Of a DNA stretch of 64,000 bases, positions 1 to 11,975 are shown piece by piece. Positions within the stretch are counted from its first letter, which is position 1. Every line of letters begins with the position of its first letter. The translations under genes were made by a program, and so were the position numbers. The notes beneath the pieces are model-generated. The model searched no databases, was not told where the DNA came from, and saw nothing but the letters and a program-made list of their open reading frames with translations. The DNA lies in NCBI RefSeq assembly GCF_006345805.1, contig NC_043001.1:125488001-125552000 (forward strand). Direction: 5' to 3'. The DNA is from Octopus sinensis (lineage: Eukaryota).

Positions 1-49
1 CCCTACATGGCCTTGCTTTTTGCTTTTTGAGCCAAATAATTAACTTAAC

Positions 50-118
50 TTAACTTAAACAATGTTAATAAATAAGTATTACATTTGACAGAGTAATCTG
101 AAAGCTAAAAGGTTTAAA
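50..118 (-). mobile_element. End of a TTAA-flanked (piggyBac-like) MITE
   Basis: The minus strand starts TTAAACCTTTTAGCTTTCAGATTACTCTGTCAAATG, a TTAA + CCCTT-like terminus. Only a fragment is present. Confidence 0.35.
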
Positions 119-921
119 AAAAACTTTGACAAACTTAGTTGATCAATTGATTAACCAAATAATTACTTAAACAATCGATTAGTTAATCGGTTAACTAATT
201 GACTAATGAAAATACAGCAGTGACATAGAACCAGTGTATGTGACTATTATTAGCATACTAATCTTCCAGAGAAAAAACAATATACGAATATATTACATGC
301 TTTTATAAATATTTATATATAAAAAGTCAAACATTAAATTAAAGAATCTCTCGATACTTTTCAGAAAAGTACTATATTTATATTATTTCTAGAAGACGAA
401 AATGTTGGCAACATTTTAAAGTTGCATTGTGAAAGCTAGATGGCAAAAACTTTGAAGTAACTATCAACCTTGTAAGAATGTATGTTTACATATATACGTA
501 CATATATATATACACAACACACATGCTCATGCATGTGTGTGTGTGTGTGTAAGATTCTTAAGGATTTACCTAACTTTCATGTCATTCAAATAGTGTAGTA
601 AACAATTTGAAACACAGGTAAGGTAAATAAATCATTGATAATACATCTTCATTCATTATGTTCTTTCCCTCTCTATCTCTCTCTGTCCTCTCTCTCTCTC
701 TCTCCCTGTATGCATGTATACATATATTTCTACAATTAAAAAATCTTTATTGCTTCTAACCTTACAGCAGTCAGGAACAATCATATCTTAGTCAGTCAGT
801 GGAAGGACTTCACTACTTCATATGTTCTTAAAATTTAAATCCACATCTTTGTCTATATATCTACCTTCTCTATAATGTTGCCACTTGATTTGAAAATTTT
901 TGTATTAATGGAAAACCTCTA

Positions 922-1014
922 TAATTGGCTGATGAGTACTCAGCATCTTAAATCTGTTGTAATACTTACAACATTTAATAAAATGATGTAGTACGAAACG
1001 ATCGTACCAAATTA
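922..1014 (+). ncRNA. Type I hammerhead ribozyme, intact core, long helix II
   Basis: TAATTGG(922-928) CTGATGA(929-935) GTAC...GTAC(991-994) GAAAC GATC GTA CCAAATTA. Helix I is TTGG/CCAA, extended by TAAT/ATTA. Canonical G10.1-C11.1 pair. Palindromic helix III ACGATCGT with a GUA cleavage triplet. Helix II contains the inner hairpin TGTTGTAA-TAC-TTACAACA. Confidence 0.85.
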
Positions 1015-1064
1015 CTGGAGTCATTCTTTTGCTTATTTTGAGTATATATATATATATATATACA

Positions 1065-2080
1065 TATATTTTCATTTAGTTATTTCAGTCATTCGACTCT
1101 GACCATATTGGAGCACCTTGAAGGGCTTTAGTCAAACAAATCAAATCCTGGAGTTATTTTTTAAAGCCTAGTACTTATTCTATCGGTTTCTTTTGCCAAG
1201 CCACTAAGTTACGGGGGGTGTAAACACACAAACACCGGTTATCAAGCGATGATAGGGGGACAAACACAGATACAGAGACACACACACACCCGAAGCTATA
1301 GTTGAAGACACTTGCCCAAGGTGCCATGCAGTGGGACTGAAACAGAACCAGGTGGTAGGGAAGTAAGCTTCTTACCACACAGCCATACATGTAGTGTATA
1401 TAAATATATTTGCCTGTGTTTATATTGCATCCCTTTATGTCTTGTAACCTAGCAGTCTAACAAATAGGAATTGATAAAATACATATTAGACTGAAATATG
1501 TATGATCAACTAAACCTTTCAGGGTGCCTCTCCAGCATGGGTATAGTTCAGTGACAAAATGCAATAACAGAATAGAATATATATGTGCATGTACACATAT
1601 ATAGATATGTATATATATGCTTTTATCCATTTACTTGTTTCAGTCATTTGACTGTGGCCATGCTAGAGCACCGCCTTTATTCGAACAAATTGCACTCAAG
1701 ACTTATTCTTTTGTAAGCCTAGTACTTATTTTATCGGTCTCTTTTGCTGAACCGCTAAGCTACATGGACATAAACACATCAACATCAGTGGTCAAGCTAT
1801 AGTGGAGGGGGGCAAACATAGACACACAAACATACACACACACACACGCACACACACACACACACATATATATATGAAAGAAGCCCATCGTGTATATATA
1901 CATGACGGACTTCTTTCTACCAAATCCACCTACCAAATCCATCTACCAAATCCACTCACAAAGCTTTAGTTGGCCCAAGGCTTTAGTAGAACACACTTGC
2001 CCAAGGTGCCACACAGTGGGGACTGAACCTGGAACCATGTGATTGGGAAGCAAGCTTCTTACCACACAGCCATGCCTGCA
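1065..2080. mobile_element. Cluster of diverged family A SINEs (1065-1390 -, 1410-1575 +, 1620-2080 -)
   Basis: Head, core and tail motifs of family A. Further partial copies at about 10860, 12070, 17490, 24030, 26760, 31100, 31600, 35420, 54505, 55050, 58460, 58940 and 63722. Confidence 0.8.
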
Positions 2081-2759
2081 CCTATATATATGCAGTGGTT
2101 GGCGTTAGAAAGGGCATCCAGCCGTAGAAACACTGCCAGATCAGACTGGGCCTGATGCAGCCTTCTGGCTTCACAGACCCCAGTTGAACCGTCCAACTCA
2201 TGCTAGCATGGAAAGCGGACGCTAAATGATGATGATGATATATATATATATATATATGTATGTATTGTGTGTGTGTGTATATATATCTTAATATATAAGA
2301 CAGAGATATATAGATATATATACATGCATACATACATATTCATGTATACATATATACATACGTTTACAGATATATACACATGCATATACATAAATACATA
2401 TATGTGTGTGTGTGTACATGATATATAAGAGAGGGATATATAGATATATACATACATATATATCATAGACATGCACACAGACAATGTTTATTATTATTTA
2501 TAGGATAAGCATAGAGTGGACCGCAATTTTGTTCAATCGACCTTTCAGTAGACCATACACATCAACAGTTTGATAAGAAAATCCACTGATGTGTACAGTC
2601 AACCAAAAGGTTGATTGAACAAAACTGTTATCCAGAATGTAATTCCTGTTTACCTTCACATAAATAAACATATCTCAGATTCTACACACATCTAACATAA
2701 GGTTATATTAAGCACTTTGCTTTCATATTTTTGTCTACCAGAATAAACAGAACTCACAC

Positions 2760-2878
2760 ATACATATACAGACTCACGTGCACACACACATACACACACA
2801 TACAAATATATATATATATATACATATAAATATATAAACCAATTTGTGTGAATATGTGCATATATATATGTATATATA

Positions 2879-2931
<53 letters not shown>

Positions 2932-3125
2932 CACACGAATGTATGTATGTATGTGTATGCACACAAATTGCTTTCCAGTTATTGGTTATTATTTTGTAAG
3001 AATTTTCCATAAAACTCATTGTTTGTTGTGCTATGTGGAAAAAACATGATATAACCAATTATGGCATGAAGGCATCCATATATATTTATACACACACATA
3101 TATATATATATAATATATACACACG

Positions 3126-3196
<71 letters not shown>

Positions 3197-3213
3197 ATGT
3201 ATATATATGTGTG

Positions 3214-3256
<43 letters not shown>

Positions 3257-3359
3257 TAAACACACTCACACATGCATATATTTGAATACTGACTCTATGA
3301 TTGAATCAACTGTTCCAATCAGAACTTTCCTCAGAGCTGAATATCATGTAATACACACA

Positions 3360-3431
<72 letters not shown>

Positions 3432-3516
3432 CATGCTCTCTCTTTCTCACTCTTTCTCTCTCTTTCTTACTCTCTCTCTTTCTCTCTCTCTCTCTCTGAC
3501 ATACACACTCTCACAT

Positions 3517-3576
<60 letters not shown>

Positions 3577-3760
3577 ATGCTCTCTCTCTCTTTCTCTCTC
3601 TCTCTCTGACATACACACTCTCACATGCACACACACACACACACACACACACACACCACACCACACACACACACACACACACACTCATGCTCTCTCTCTC
3701 TTTCTTACTCTCTCTCTCTCTCTGACATACACATGCACACACACACACACACACACACAT
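2760..3760. repeat. (TA)n, (CA)n, (CT)n compound microsatellite with repeated CA-CTCATGC-CT-GACATACAC units
   Basis: A higher-order unit repeats three times in 3355-3740. Confidence 0.9.
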
Positions 3761-4267
3761 TCCCACACAAATTCTTCTTCTTCAGGGCTTACACACACTT
3801 ATTACGTAAGTACAAGTGCACTATAAATCTCTGATGATGACACGATAAATGTATTTTATCTGATGCACTAACGTGATAAATAGAATCAGTTGCTTGAGAT
3901 TTCTTCTTCAGATAAGTTCATTAATGGTTCAATAGCTCCAATGGCACTTATTCCAAATAGGTTACTGAACTGGCTCACAAACATTTAAATGTTTCTATCC
4001 AAAGACTGAACAAAACATTCTCTTGCAAATTGGAACTCTTACCACATGAGCTGGTTGCAATATTTTCTGCTTATTTCAGCTTTTTGCCTCAAGCTCAAAT
4101 ATACACATACATGCACATAAGTGTACACATAAGGTTTACGCTGAGAGACGATACTCAGAATAGGCAGTAGGTATTAATATTGTAAGTTGTTTATCTGAAT
4201 GACTTGTTACTATTACACAATATGTCAAAATATTTTGGTAAGGTATATTTACTTCTCTATATGTATA

Positions 4268-4390
4268 CACTGGCCTGCTCGCTTAGCCAGCGGGGTGGCG
4301 TCATTCGAAGGCTAAAACAATGCGAACGCATTGTGACCAGCGATGTGTAACAACATCTGATGGTCTGGTCGGTCACGTGATCACATGATG
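4268..4390 (+). mobile_element. Short 3'-UTR copy of the RTE family seen at 38255 (another inverted copy at 31040-31105)
   Basis: Shared CATTGTGACCAGCGATGTG...CATCTGAT...GGTCGGTCACG. Confidence 0.6.
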
Positions 4391-4459
4391 TATACACACA
4401 TACACACACACACACAACACACACACACACACACACACTCATGCAAATGTATGTACATA

Positions 4460-4866
4460 TACTCCTTTACTTGTTTCAGTCATTTGACTGCGGCTATGCT
4501 GGAGCACTGCCTTAAGTCGAGCAAATCGACCCCGGGACTTATTCTTTGTAAGCCCAGTACTTATTCTATCGGTCTCTTTTGCCGAACCGCTAAGTGACGG
4601 GGACGTAAACACACCAGCATCGGCTGTCAAGCAATGCTAGGGGGACAAACACAGACACACAAACACACACACATACACACATATATATATATATATACAT
4701 ATATACGACAGGCTTCTTTCAGTTTCCGTCTACCAAATCCACTCACAAGGCATTGGTCGGCCCGGGGCTATAGTAGAAGACACTTGCCCAAGATGCCATG
4801 TAGTGGGACTGAACCCAGAACCATGTGGTTGGTTAGCAAGCTACTTACCACACAGCCACTCCTGCA
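4460..4866 (-). mobile_element. SINE family A, full length
   Basis: Reverse complement of the 8682 element. Confidence 0.9.
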
Positions 4867-5036
4867 TACATTCACACACACAGCTTAGCTGGTCTTTTAA
4901 AAGGCTTCACAGTCAAGTGAGTTATTTAGGATCTTTGCCTGCTCTGTCCTCTTTTAGGATTCCAGAAAGATGTCATGCCACATTCTTGACCAGTCATATG
5001 TGGCACCTTAAGGGTGAAGGTACTTAAGCAATTAAA

Positions 5037-5266
5037 GGCGGCGAGCTGGCAGAAACATTAGCGCGCTGGGCAAAATGCTTCATGGTATGTCATCTGTCGT
5101 TACGTTGTGAGTTCAAATTCTGCCGAGGTCGACTTCGCCTTTCATCCATTCGGGGTCAATAAATTAAGTACCAGTTACGCACTGGGGTCGATATAATCGA
5201 CTTAATACCTATGTCTGTCTTTGTATGTCCCCTCTATGTTTAGCCCCTTCTGGGTAATAAAGAAAT
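5037..5266 (+). mobile_element. SINE family B (central GTCGACTT.GCCTTTCATCC.TTCGGGGTC domain), tail type 1, with 19-bp TSD
   Basis: TSD AGGTACTTAAGCAATTAAA at 5018-5036 and 5267-5285. Head GGCGGCGAGCTGGCAG with a GAGTTCAAATTC B-box-like motif. The central domain resembles a conserved metazoan SINE domain as I recall it (unverified). Confidence 0.9.
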
Positions 5267-5679
5267 AGGTACTTAAGCAATTAAATGGAGGTCCATATAG
5301 CAACCAGAGTCTTATATAAATGGGAGCAGAAGATGTAAGCTTTGCATAGCATAATGGGCAAGGATATTAAAAAAACTCGCTGGATTTGGAGACACTTTTA
5401 AACTACAGAAATGAAATCTACAGCACATGTCCTCATTTTAAACACTACCTGCAGCAGGTGTGCTATTCCCCGTTTGTTGATAAGGGCCATAATAAATAAT
5501 TACTGACTGGAAACAACCTAAGAGTGGAGATTCCCTGTTCATTGTTTAGGGCCATAAAAATTTGCTGGCAAGACCAATCTAATAGATTATTATTATTATT
5601 AAAGCAGTGAGCTGGCAGAATCATTAGGATGCTGGGCAAGATGCTTAGCAGCATTTCATCTGTCTTTACTTTCATCATC

Positions 5680-6135
5680 ATCATCATCGTTTAACATCCA
5701 TTTTCTGCGCTAGCACGGGTTGGACAGTTCGACCGGGGTCTGGGAAGCCAGGGGCTGCACCAGGTTCCAGTCTGATCTGGCAGTGTTTCTACAGCTGGAT
5801 GCCCTTCCTAACGCCAACCGCTCCGATAGTGTAGTGGGTGCTTTTTATGTGCCAGGGGAGTCTGGCATCGGCCACGATTGGTTGGTGCTTTTAACGTGCC
5901 ACCGGCTCGGAAGCCAGTCGAGGCAGCACTGGCATCGGCCACATTCGGATGGTGCTTTTTATGTGCCACCGGCACAGAAGCCAGTCGAGGCGGCGCTGGC
6001 ATCAGCCACGTTCGGATGGTGCTTTTTATGTGCCACCGGCACAGAAGCCAGTCGAGGCGGCGCTGGCATCGGTCACGTTCGGATGGTGCTTTTTATGTGC
6101 CACCGGCACAGGTATCACAACTACTATTTCTGATT
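5680..6135 (-). mobile_element. RTE-type 3' end / RTE-tailed retroposon (family C) with internal 66-bp minisatellite and (GAT)n tail
   Basis: TTGGCGTTAGGAAGGGCATCCAGC...CCAACCCATGCTAGCATGGAAAGCGGACGTTAAACGATGATG tail. Copies at 2090(+), 10680(-), 12712(-), 17285(-), 25135(-), 50030(+), 51010(+), 53235(-) and 57380(-). Confidence 0.8.
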
Positions 6136-6284
6136 TCAAATTCAGTTAGAGCCAACTTTACATTCCATCCTTCCAGGGTCAATAAAATAAGTGCCAGTCA
6201 GGCAGTGGGGTCAATGTAATCAACTATTCCTTTCTCCCAAGCTTTCAGGCCTTCTGTCTATAGTAGAAAGGATTATTGCTATTA

Positions 6285-6675
6285 TTATTGAGTGAGAGAG
6301 CAGTGCATGCCATCAAAGTGACACTGGGGTACAAATACATGAAGCCCAATATACCCATCATGACTACTAGTCTAATAAGGGTACACCAGGCACATAAACC
6401 ACAACCATATGTGCACAACATGGTGATCTCATATCAAGGTAAACAGGAGGGGGCCAAGTTAGAATAGTCCATCCCGCTCAAAAGGTCCCTGAATAAGGGT
6501 TGTTTAAGGATGTTGAATGAAACACCCATGTTTCCAGAGGTGAATTATTCAAACCCCAAAGAGTCCCTCTCAACACATGGCTATGCTCCCCCACTACTTC
6601 TGCTCGTGATCAGAGATGCACATATCATCAAGCAAATCTGTGGTATTGAGCAGAATATTTGCTGTAACCCATCTT
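6285..6675 (+). mobile_element. Dispersed repeat family G (3' part recurs at 9885-10060 and 10212-10310)
   Basis: Shared TATTCAAACCCCAAAGA.TCCCTCTC...GATCAGAGATGCA...GGTATTGAGCAGAATATTTGCT. Confidence 0.6.
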
Positions 6676-6729
6676 CTATATCAAGACAAAATATATACAT
6701 AACACTTGTTGTTGTTGTTGTTGTCGTTG

Positions 6730-6795
<66 letters not shown>

Positions 6796-7299
6796 GGTAG
6801 TGAGGATGCCAGGCAAAATACTTCTCAGTATTTCGTCTGTCTTCACATTCCGAGTTCAAGTTCCGCCAAGGTTAACTTTACCTTTCTTCCTTTTGGTGGG
6901 GGTCAATAAAATAAGTACCAGTTGTCATACCGTTATCATTGCCTCAGCCACCATCACCATCACCATCAACAACAACAACAACAACAGTCAGAAAACCACA
7001 AGCAATAGTATTGCATCTAGCACACATCATCACTTTATTTCTTTATCCATTCATCATCACCGCTACTAACCATGACTGCCTTTCCGAATATCTCCACTAA
7101 CACTGTGTCTACCATCACCAACATTATGACCACTCATCATCATCATCATCATCATCTTCGTCATCATCACTATCAAACAGCAAATATTAGCATAAGAAAA
7201 AAATGATACAAATTACAGAAAATCGATATTGAATAACAACACTTCAAAAACCATTTTTTTTGGATAAATAACAACAGCAGTAATGAGAAAGAAAAAAAC

Positions 7300-7359
7300 A
7301 ACAGTAATAGTGGTGGTGGTGGCAGCAGTAGCAGTGGCAGCAACAGTAGTAGTAGTAGT

Positions 7360-7395
<36 letters not shown>

Positions 7396-7405
7396 CAGCA
7401 GCAAC

Positions 7406-7461
<56 letters not shown>

Positions 7462-7498
7462 CTATAGTAGTAACTGTAGCAGTGGCAGCAGCAGCAAC

Positions 7499-7530
<32 letters not shown>

Positions 7531-7678
7531 CAGTGGCAGCAACAGTAGTAGTAGTAGTAGTTGTAACAGTAGTAGTAGCTATAGTAGTAACTGTAGTAGT
7601 GGCGGCAGCAGCAGCAGCAGCAGCAGCCATAGTAATAATAGTAGTAGCAGCAGCAGCAGCAGCACCAAAAGCAACATC

Positions 7679-7712
<34 letters not shown>

Positions 7713-7810
7713 AAATCATGCAAGAAATTTTTAAAATCTGCTGAAAGAAAATTTACCAAACAAAACAAAACAAAACAAAACAAAACAAAACAAAACAAAA
7801 AACAGCAAAA
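7300..7810. repeat. (AGT)n/(AGC)n/(AAC)n/(CAAAA)n compound microsatellite
   Basis: Direct reading. A related block lies at 9595-9790. Confidence 0.95.
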
Positions 7811-8014
7811 ACAAAACAGAAAATGAGAAGAGAAAAAAAAAAAACCCCTTTTCCAACAACAATCAAAGCTTGAATCCTCAGCAATAACATAATCACATAA
7901 CAATATCAGAGTTCTCTGTATGCACCGAATAGTTTGTTTCTAGCTTTAAGTAAGGAGTTAGTTTTGGTTTTGTTCCTTTTTTTTTTTCTCTCTTTTTGGT
8001 TTTTAAAGAAGTTG

Positions 8015-8046
<32 letters not shown>

Positions 8047-8681
8047 GGTGGTGGTGTATGTGTGTATTTGTGTTGTGTGTGTGTTTGGTTGGATGTTGTT
8101 TTCTGTGGTTTCATTTTCCTCGAAAATGTTCATACATTAGATTTTTCTCTGCGATGTTCCTTGCAGAAAGGAAGATTTAACAGAACGGGGCAAAGTGTGT
8201 GTGGTGTGTGTGTGTGTGTGTGTTTGGTTGGATGTTGTTTTCTGTGGTTTCATTTTCCTCGAAAATGTTCATACATTAGATTTTTCTCTGCGATGTTCCT
8301 TGCAGAAAGGAAGATTTAACAGAACGGGGCAAAGTGTGTGTGTGTGTGTGTGTGCGCGTGTGTGTAATGTGTGTGCATGTGCATTTATGTGTATGTGTGC
8401 ATGCATGCATGCGTGTGTGTGTGTAAGTGAGTGAATGGACAAACATAAGAATTTGAAACTGAAAACATTTAGTAGTTGTGTGTTTGTTTGTGTGTGTATG
8501 CCTATATATACACATATATATGTAAATCTATATATATGTATATATATATATATATTATATATATATATATGTGTGCTTAAATCTATATACATGTATACAT
8601 ATATATCTCTGTGTTATATATATACATATATATACACACACAAATATATTTACATCCACATATGCACATACATATACACAT

Positions 8682-9097
8682 GCATGAGTGGCTGTGTGGT
8701 AAGTAACTTGCATACCAACCACATGGTTCCGGGTTCAGTCCCACTGCGTGGCACCTTGGGCAAGTGTCTTCTACTATAGCCTCGGGCCGACCAAAGCCTT
8801 GTGAGTGGATTTGGTAGACGGAAACTGAAAGAAGCCCATCGTATATATGTGTATATATATATATATATGTGTGTGTGTGTGAGTTTGTGTGTCTGTGTTT
8901 GTCCTCCTAGCATTGCTTGTCAACTGATGCTGGTGTGTTTATGTCCCCGTTACTTAGCAGTTCGGCAAAAGAGACCGATAAAATAAGCACTGGGCTTACA
9001 AAAGAATAAGTCCTGGGGTCGATTTGCTCAACTAAAGGCGGTGCTCCAGCATCGCCGCAGTCAAATGACTGAAACAAGTAAAAGAGAAAAGAGTAAA
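8682..9097 (+). mobile_element. SINE family A, full length (tRNA head, internal (TA)n(TG)n, GTAAAAGA tail)
   Basis: A box TGGCTGTGTGG, B box GGTTCAGTCCC, CACCTTGGGCAAGTG core and a tandem tail. Near-identical to 15952-16365, 48250-48646 and 55612-56030. Confidence 0.9.
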
Positions 9098-9594
9098 ATA
9101 TATATATATATATTATATATATATATATGTGCTTAAATCTATATACATGTATACATATATATCTCTGTGTTATATATATACATATATATACACACACAAT
9201 ATATTTACATCCACATACACACATACATATACACATGTGCTCAAACACACACACACACACATGTATACGTATGCACAATACACACACAACACACCAAAAA
9301 CGAAATATCAACCAAATAATGTGAGGATTAAAAGGAATCAAACTGATTATCTTTTATCATTTTTTTTTTCCAACATCAACATTATTGTGACTTTAATCAT
9401 CAGCATTGACATCTTCATCTCTTTTCATCGTTATCATCATCATCATCATTGTGTTCTTGTCATATTATTCTCACCCATCCCTATCATCCCCTCCCCCCCT
9501 TATTTTTCATCCTTGGCATATTCATCATCGATGTCATTGAATTTATCACAACTCTATCCCATCATTGTCGTTGTCATTGTCATCATCATTTGTT

Positions 9595-9637
<43 letters not shown>

Positions 9638-11400
9638 CAGCAGCAGCAGCAGCTATAGTAGTAACAGTAGCAGTGGCAGCAGCAGCAGCAACAGTAGTAG
9701 TAGTAGTAGTAGTAGCTATAGTAGTAACAGTAGCAGTGGCAGCAGCTGCAGCAACAGTATTAGTAGTATTAGTAGTAGTAGTAGTACTGTGCAATTTATC
9801 TTTGGGCAGCAACTGTTATTTCCTGCAGCTTACCCCTAGAAAAAATTTTAAAATAGCTAATATTTCCTTAAAAATTTGCTCTTGTTATGATATTTATTCA
9901 AACCCCAAAGAATCCCTCTCAGCACATGGCTATGATGCTCCCCAACTACTCCTGCTCATGATCAGAGATGCATATATTGTCAGCCACTAAGTGACATGCT
10001 CAAGTGGTTATGGTCAAGCAACTGACAAGTAAATCCGTGGTACTGAACAGAATATTTGCTATAACGATATTTCTGCTTCAGTAACTCAGCACTGAATCTA
10101 TCTGAAATGTAATGGAAAATAAGCCAGTTTCAAAACATTGATGTCCAGATCATAAAAGCAATGTTTGAAGGGAATAGTAGTCATTTCCTTTGATTTCTAG
10201 ATAAAAGCAAATGATCAGAGATGCACATGTTGTCAGCTGCTAAAGGACATGCTCAAGTGATTAAAGTCAAGCAACTGACAAGCAAATTTGTGGTATTGAG
10301 CAGAATATTGGCTATAACGATATTTCTGCTTCAGCAACTTGACACTGAATCTGTCTTAAATGTAATGGAAAAGAGGTCAGTTTCAAAACATTGATGTTCA
10401 GGTTATGAAAGCAATGTCTGAGAGGTGTTGTAGCCATTTCCTTTGATTTGATTTCTTGATAGAAGCGAATAGGAAATAAGACTTACTGACCAAAGACAAA
10501 AGAAATTTTAATTCTGTTACACAGTGTTATCTTTACCAGCATTTTAAGGTCCAGTGCTACTTTGGTGTACATTGTATTGCTGTGCAATGTAAGTTAGGTA
10601 ATTCGTATATATTTGCATGCTATGAGGAGAAGAAAAACATGATGGTTCCATGTTTTAATCGTTTGTTTAAGAGAGATCATCATCATCATCATCATCGTTT
10701 AGCGTCCACTTTCCATACTGGCATGGGTTGGACGGTTCAACTGGGGTCTGGGAAGCCAGAAGGCTGCACCAGGCCCAGTCTGATCTGGCAATGTTTCTAC
10801 GGCTGGATGCCCTTCCTAACGCCAACCACTCCATGAATGTAGTGGGTGCTGTTATCTTTTTATTTCTTCTACTTGTTTCAGTTATTGAAATTCACTCACA
10901 TAATCATTAGTCAGCCCAGGGCTATAGCAGACAGTTGTCCAAGGTGCTGTGCAGTGGGACTGACTTTGAAACTATGTGGTCACAAAGTGAACTTCTTAAC
11001 TAAACATCTGCTTATCTACAGTTTCATCTGTGCCTATCTACAGTTTCTTTCATTTGTTTCTCTAAAATCTTGTTCTGAAAACGTAAGTTAATGTTAATAT
11101 GTTTAGTTTCTCTTCCATGCTCAGAAAAAGTAAATAGGATTATGTTTACTGTAATTTCACAACTAGATGTTTGTTCATCAGAAAGGAGGCATCTTCATTT
11201 TACACCCACAGGGAAATAAATACATTGATAGTTACTTATAACAAATTATTAGCTGTTATACAGTTGAAGTAACCAGTCTAATTTGTATATCCTGCATTTA
11301 CTGGCAGTGTTTCTGTATTGACTTTCTCACTGGTAATGATATATAAATATATATGCACAAATTTAATTCTTTTTCCGAATAAATTGCACTTCATATTTGA

Positions 11401-11481
11401 GGCTCTGATGAAGTCATAAGGTGTTCTTCAGGCACTCTACTATGAGACCATTGCTTCTTATAGCAGAAACAGCTGTAAGCT
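11401..11481 (+). ncRNA. Type I hammerhead ribozyme candidate with branched/irregular helix II
   Basis: GGCT CTGATGA(11405-11411)...GAAAC(11466-11470) AGCT GTA AGCT. Palindromic helix III ACAGCTGT. Helix I is extended by ACTTCAT/ATGAAGT. The base of helix II is not cleanly paired. Confidence 0.65.
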
Positions 11482-11584
11482 AATGAAGTTCATAACATAA
11501 TAATTATTTCTTTTGTCATCTCATTTTCTTATTACTGCTCTATACTCATCTAACACTTCGTTCTGAAGCATACTCTTACTCTCT

Positions 11585-11975
11585 TGACTCTTTTACTTGT
11601 TTCAGTCATTTGACTGCAGCCATGCTGGAGCACCGCCTTTAATCGAACAACTCGACCCTGGGACTTATTCTTTTGTAAGCCCAGTACTTATTCTATCGGT
11701 CTCTTTTGCCGAACTGTTAAGTAACGGGGACACAAACACACCAGCATCGGTTGTCAAGCAATGCTAGGGGGACAAACACAGACACAAACAAACACACGCA
11801 TATATATATATATATATATATACATATATATGACGGACTTCTTTCAGTTTCCGTCTCTACCAAATCCACCCAAGGCTATAGTAGAAGACACTTGCCCAAG
11901 GTGCCACGCAGTGGGACTGAACCCGGAACCATGTGGTTGGTAAACAAGCTTGTTACCACACAGCCACTCCTGCGC
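11585..11975 (-). mobile_element. SINE family A
   Basis: Reverse complement of family A with a small internal deletion. Confidence 0.88.

Noticed and set aside
3290-3910. Isolated CUGANGA heptamers (minus strand near 3325 and 3905; plus strand 3831), and others near 7875, 9397, 12338 and 59800
   Set aside because: No matching GAAA, helix III and helix I.
5830-6115. CRISPR-like appearance of the 66-bp array and the 19-mer array at 51005
   Set aside because: No unique spacers, eukaryotic context, no cas genes; these are retroposon-internal tandem repeats.
8682-8760. tRNA-like A/B boxes here and at 36350-36421, 41447-41515 and 57160-57230
   Set aside because: No complete cloverleaf or acceptor stem, and each is followed by a SINE body; these are SINE heads, not tRNA genes.
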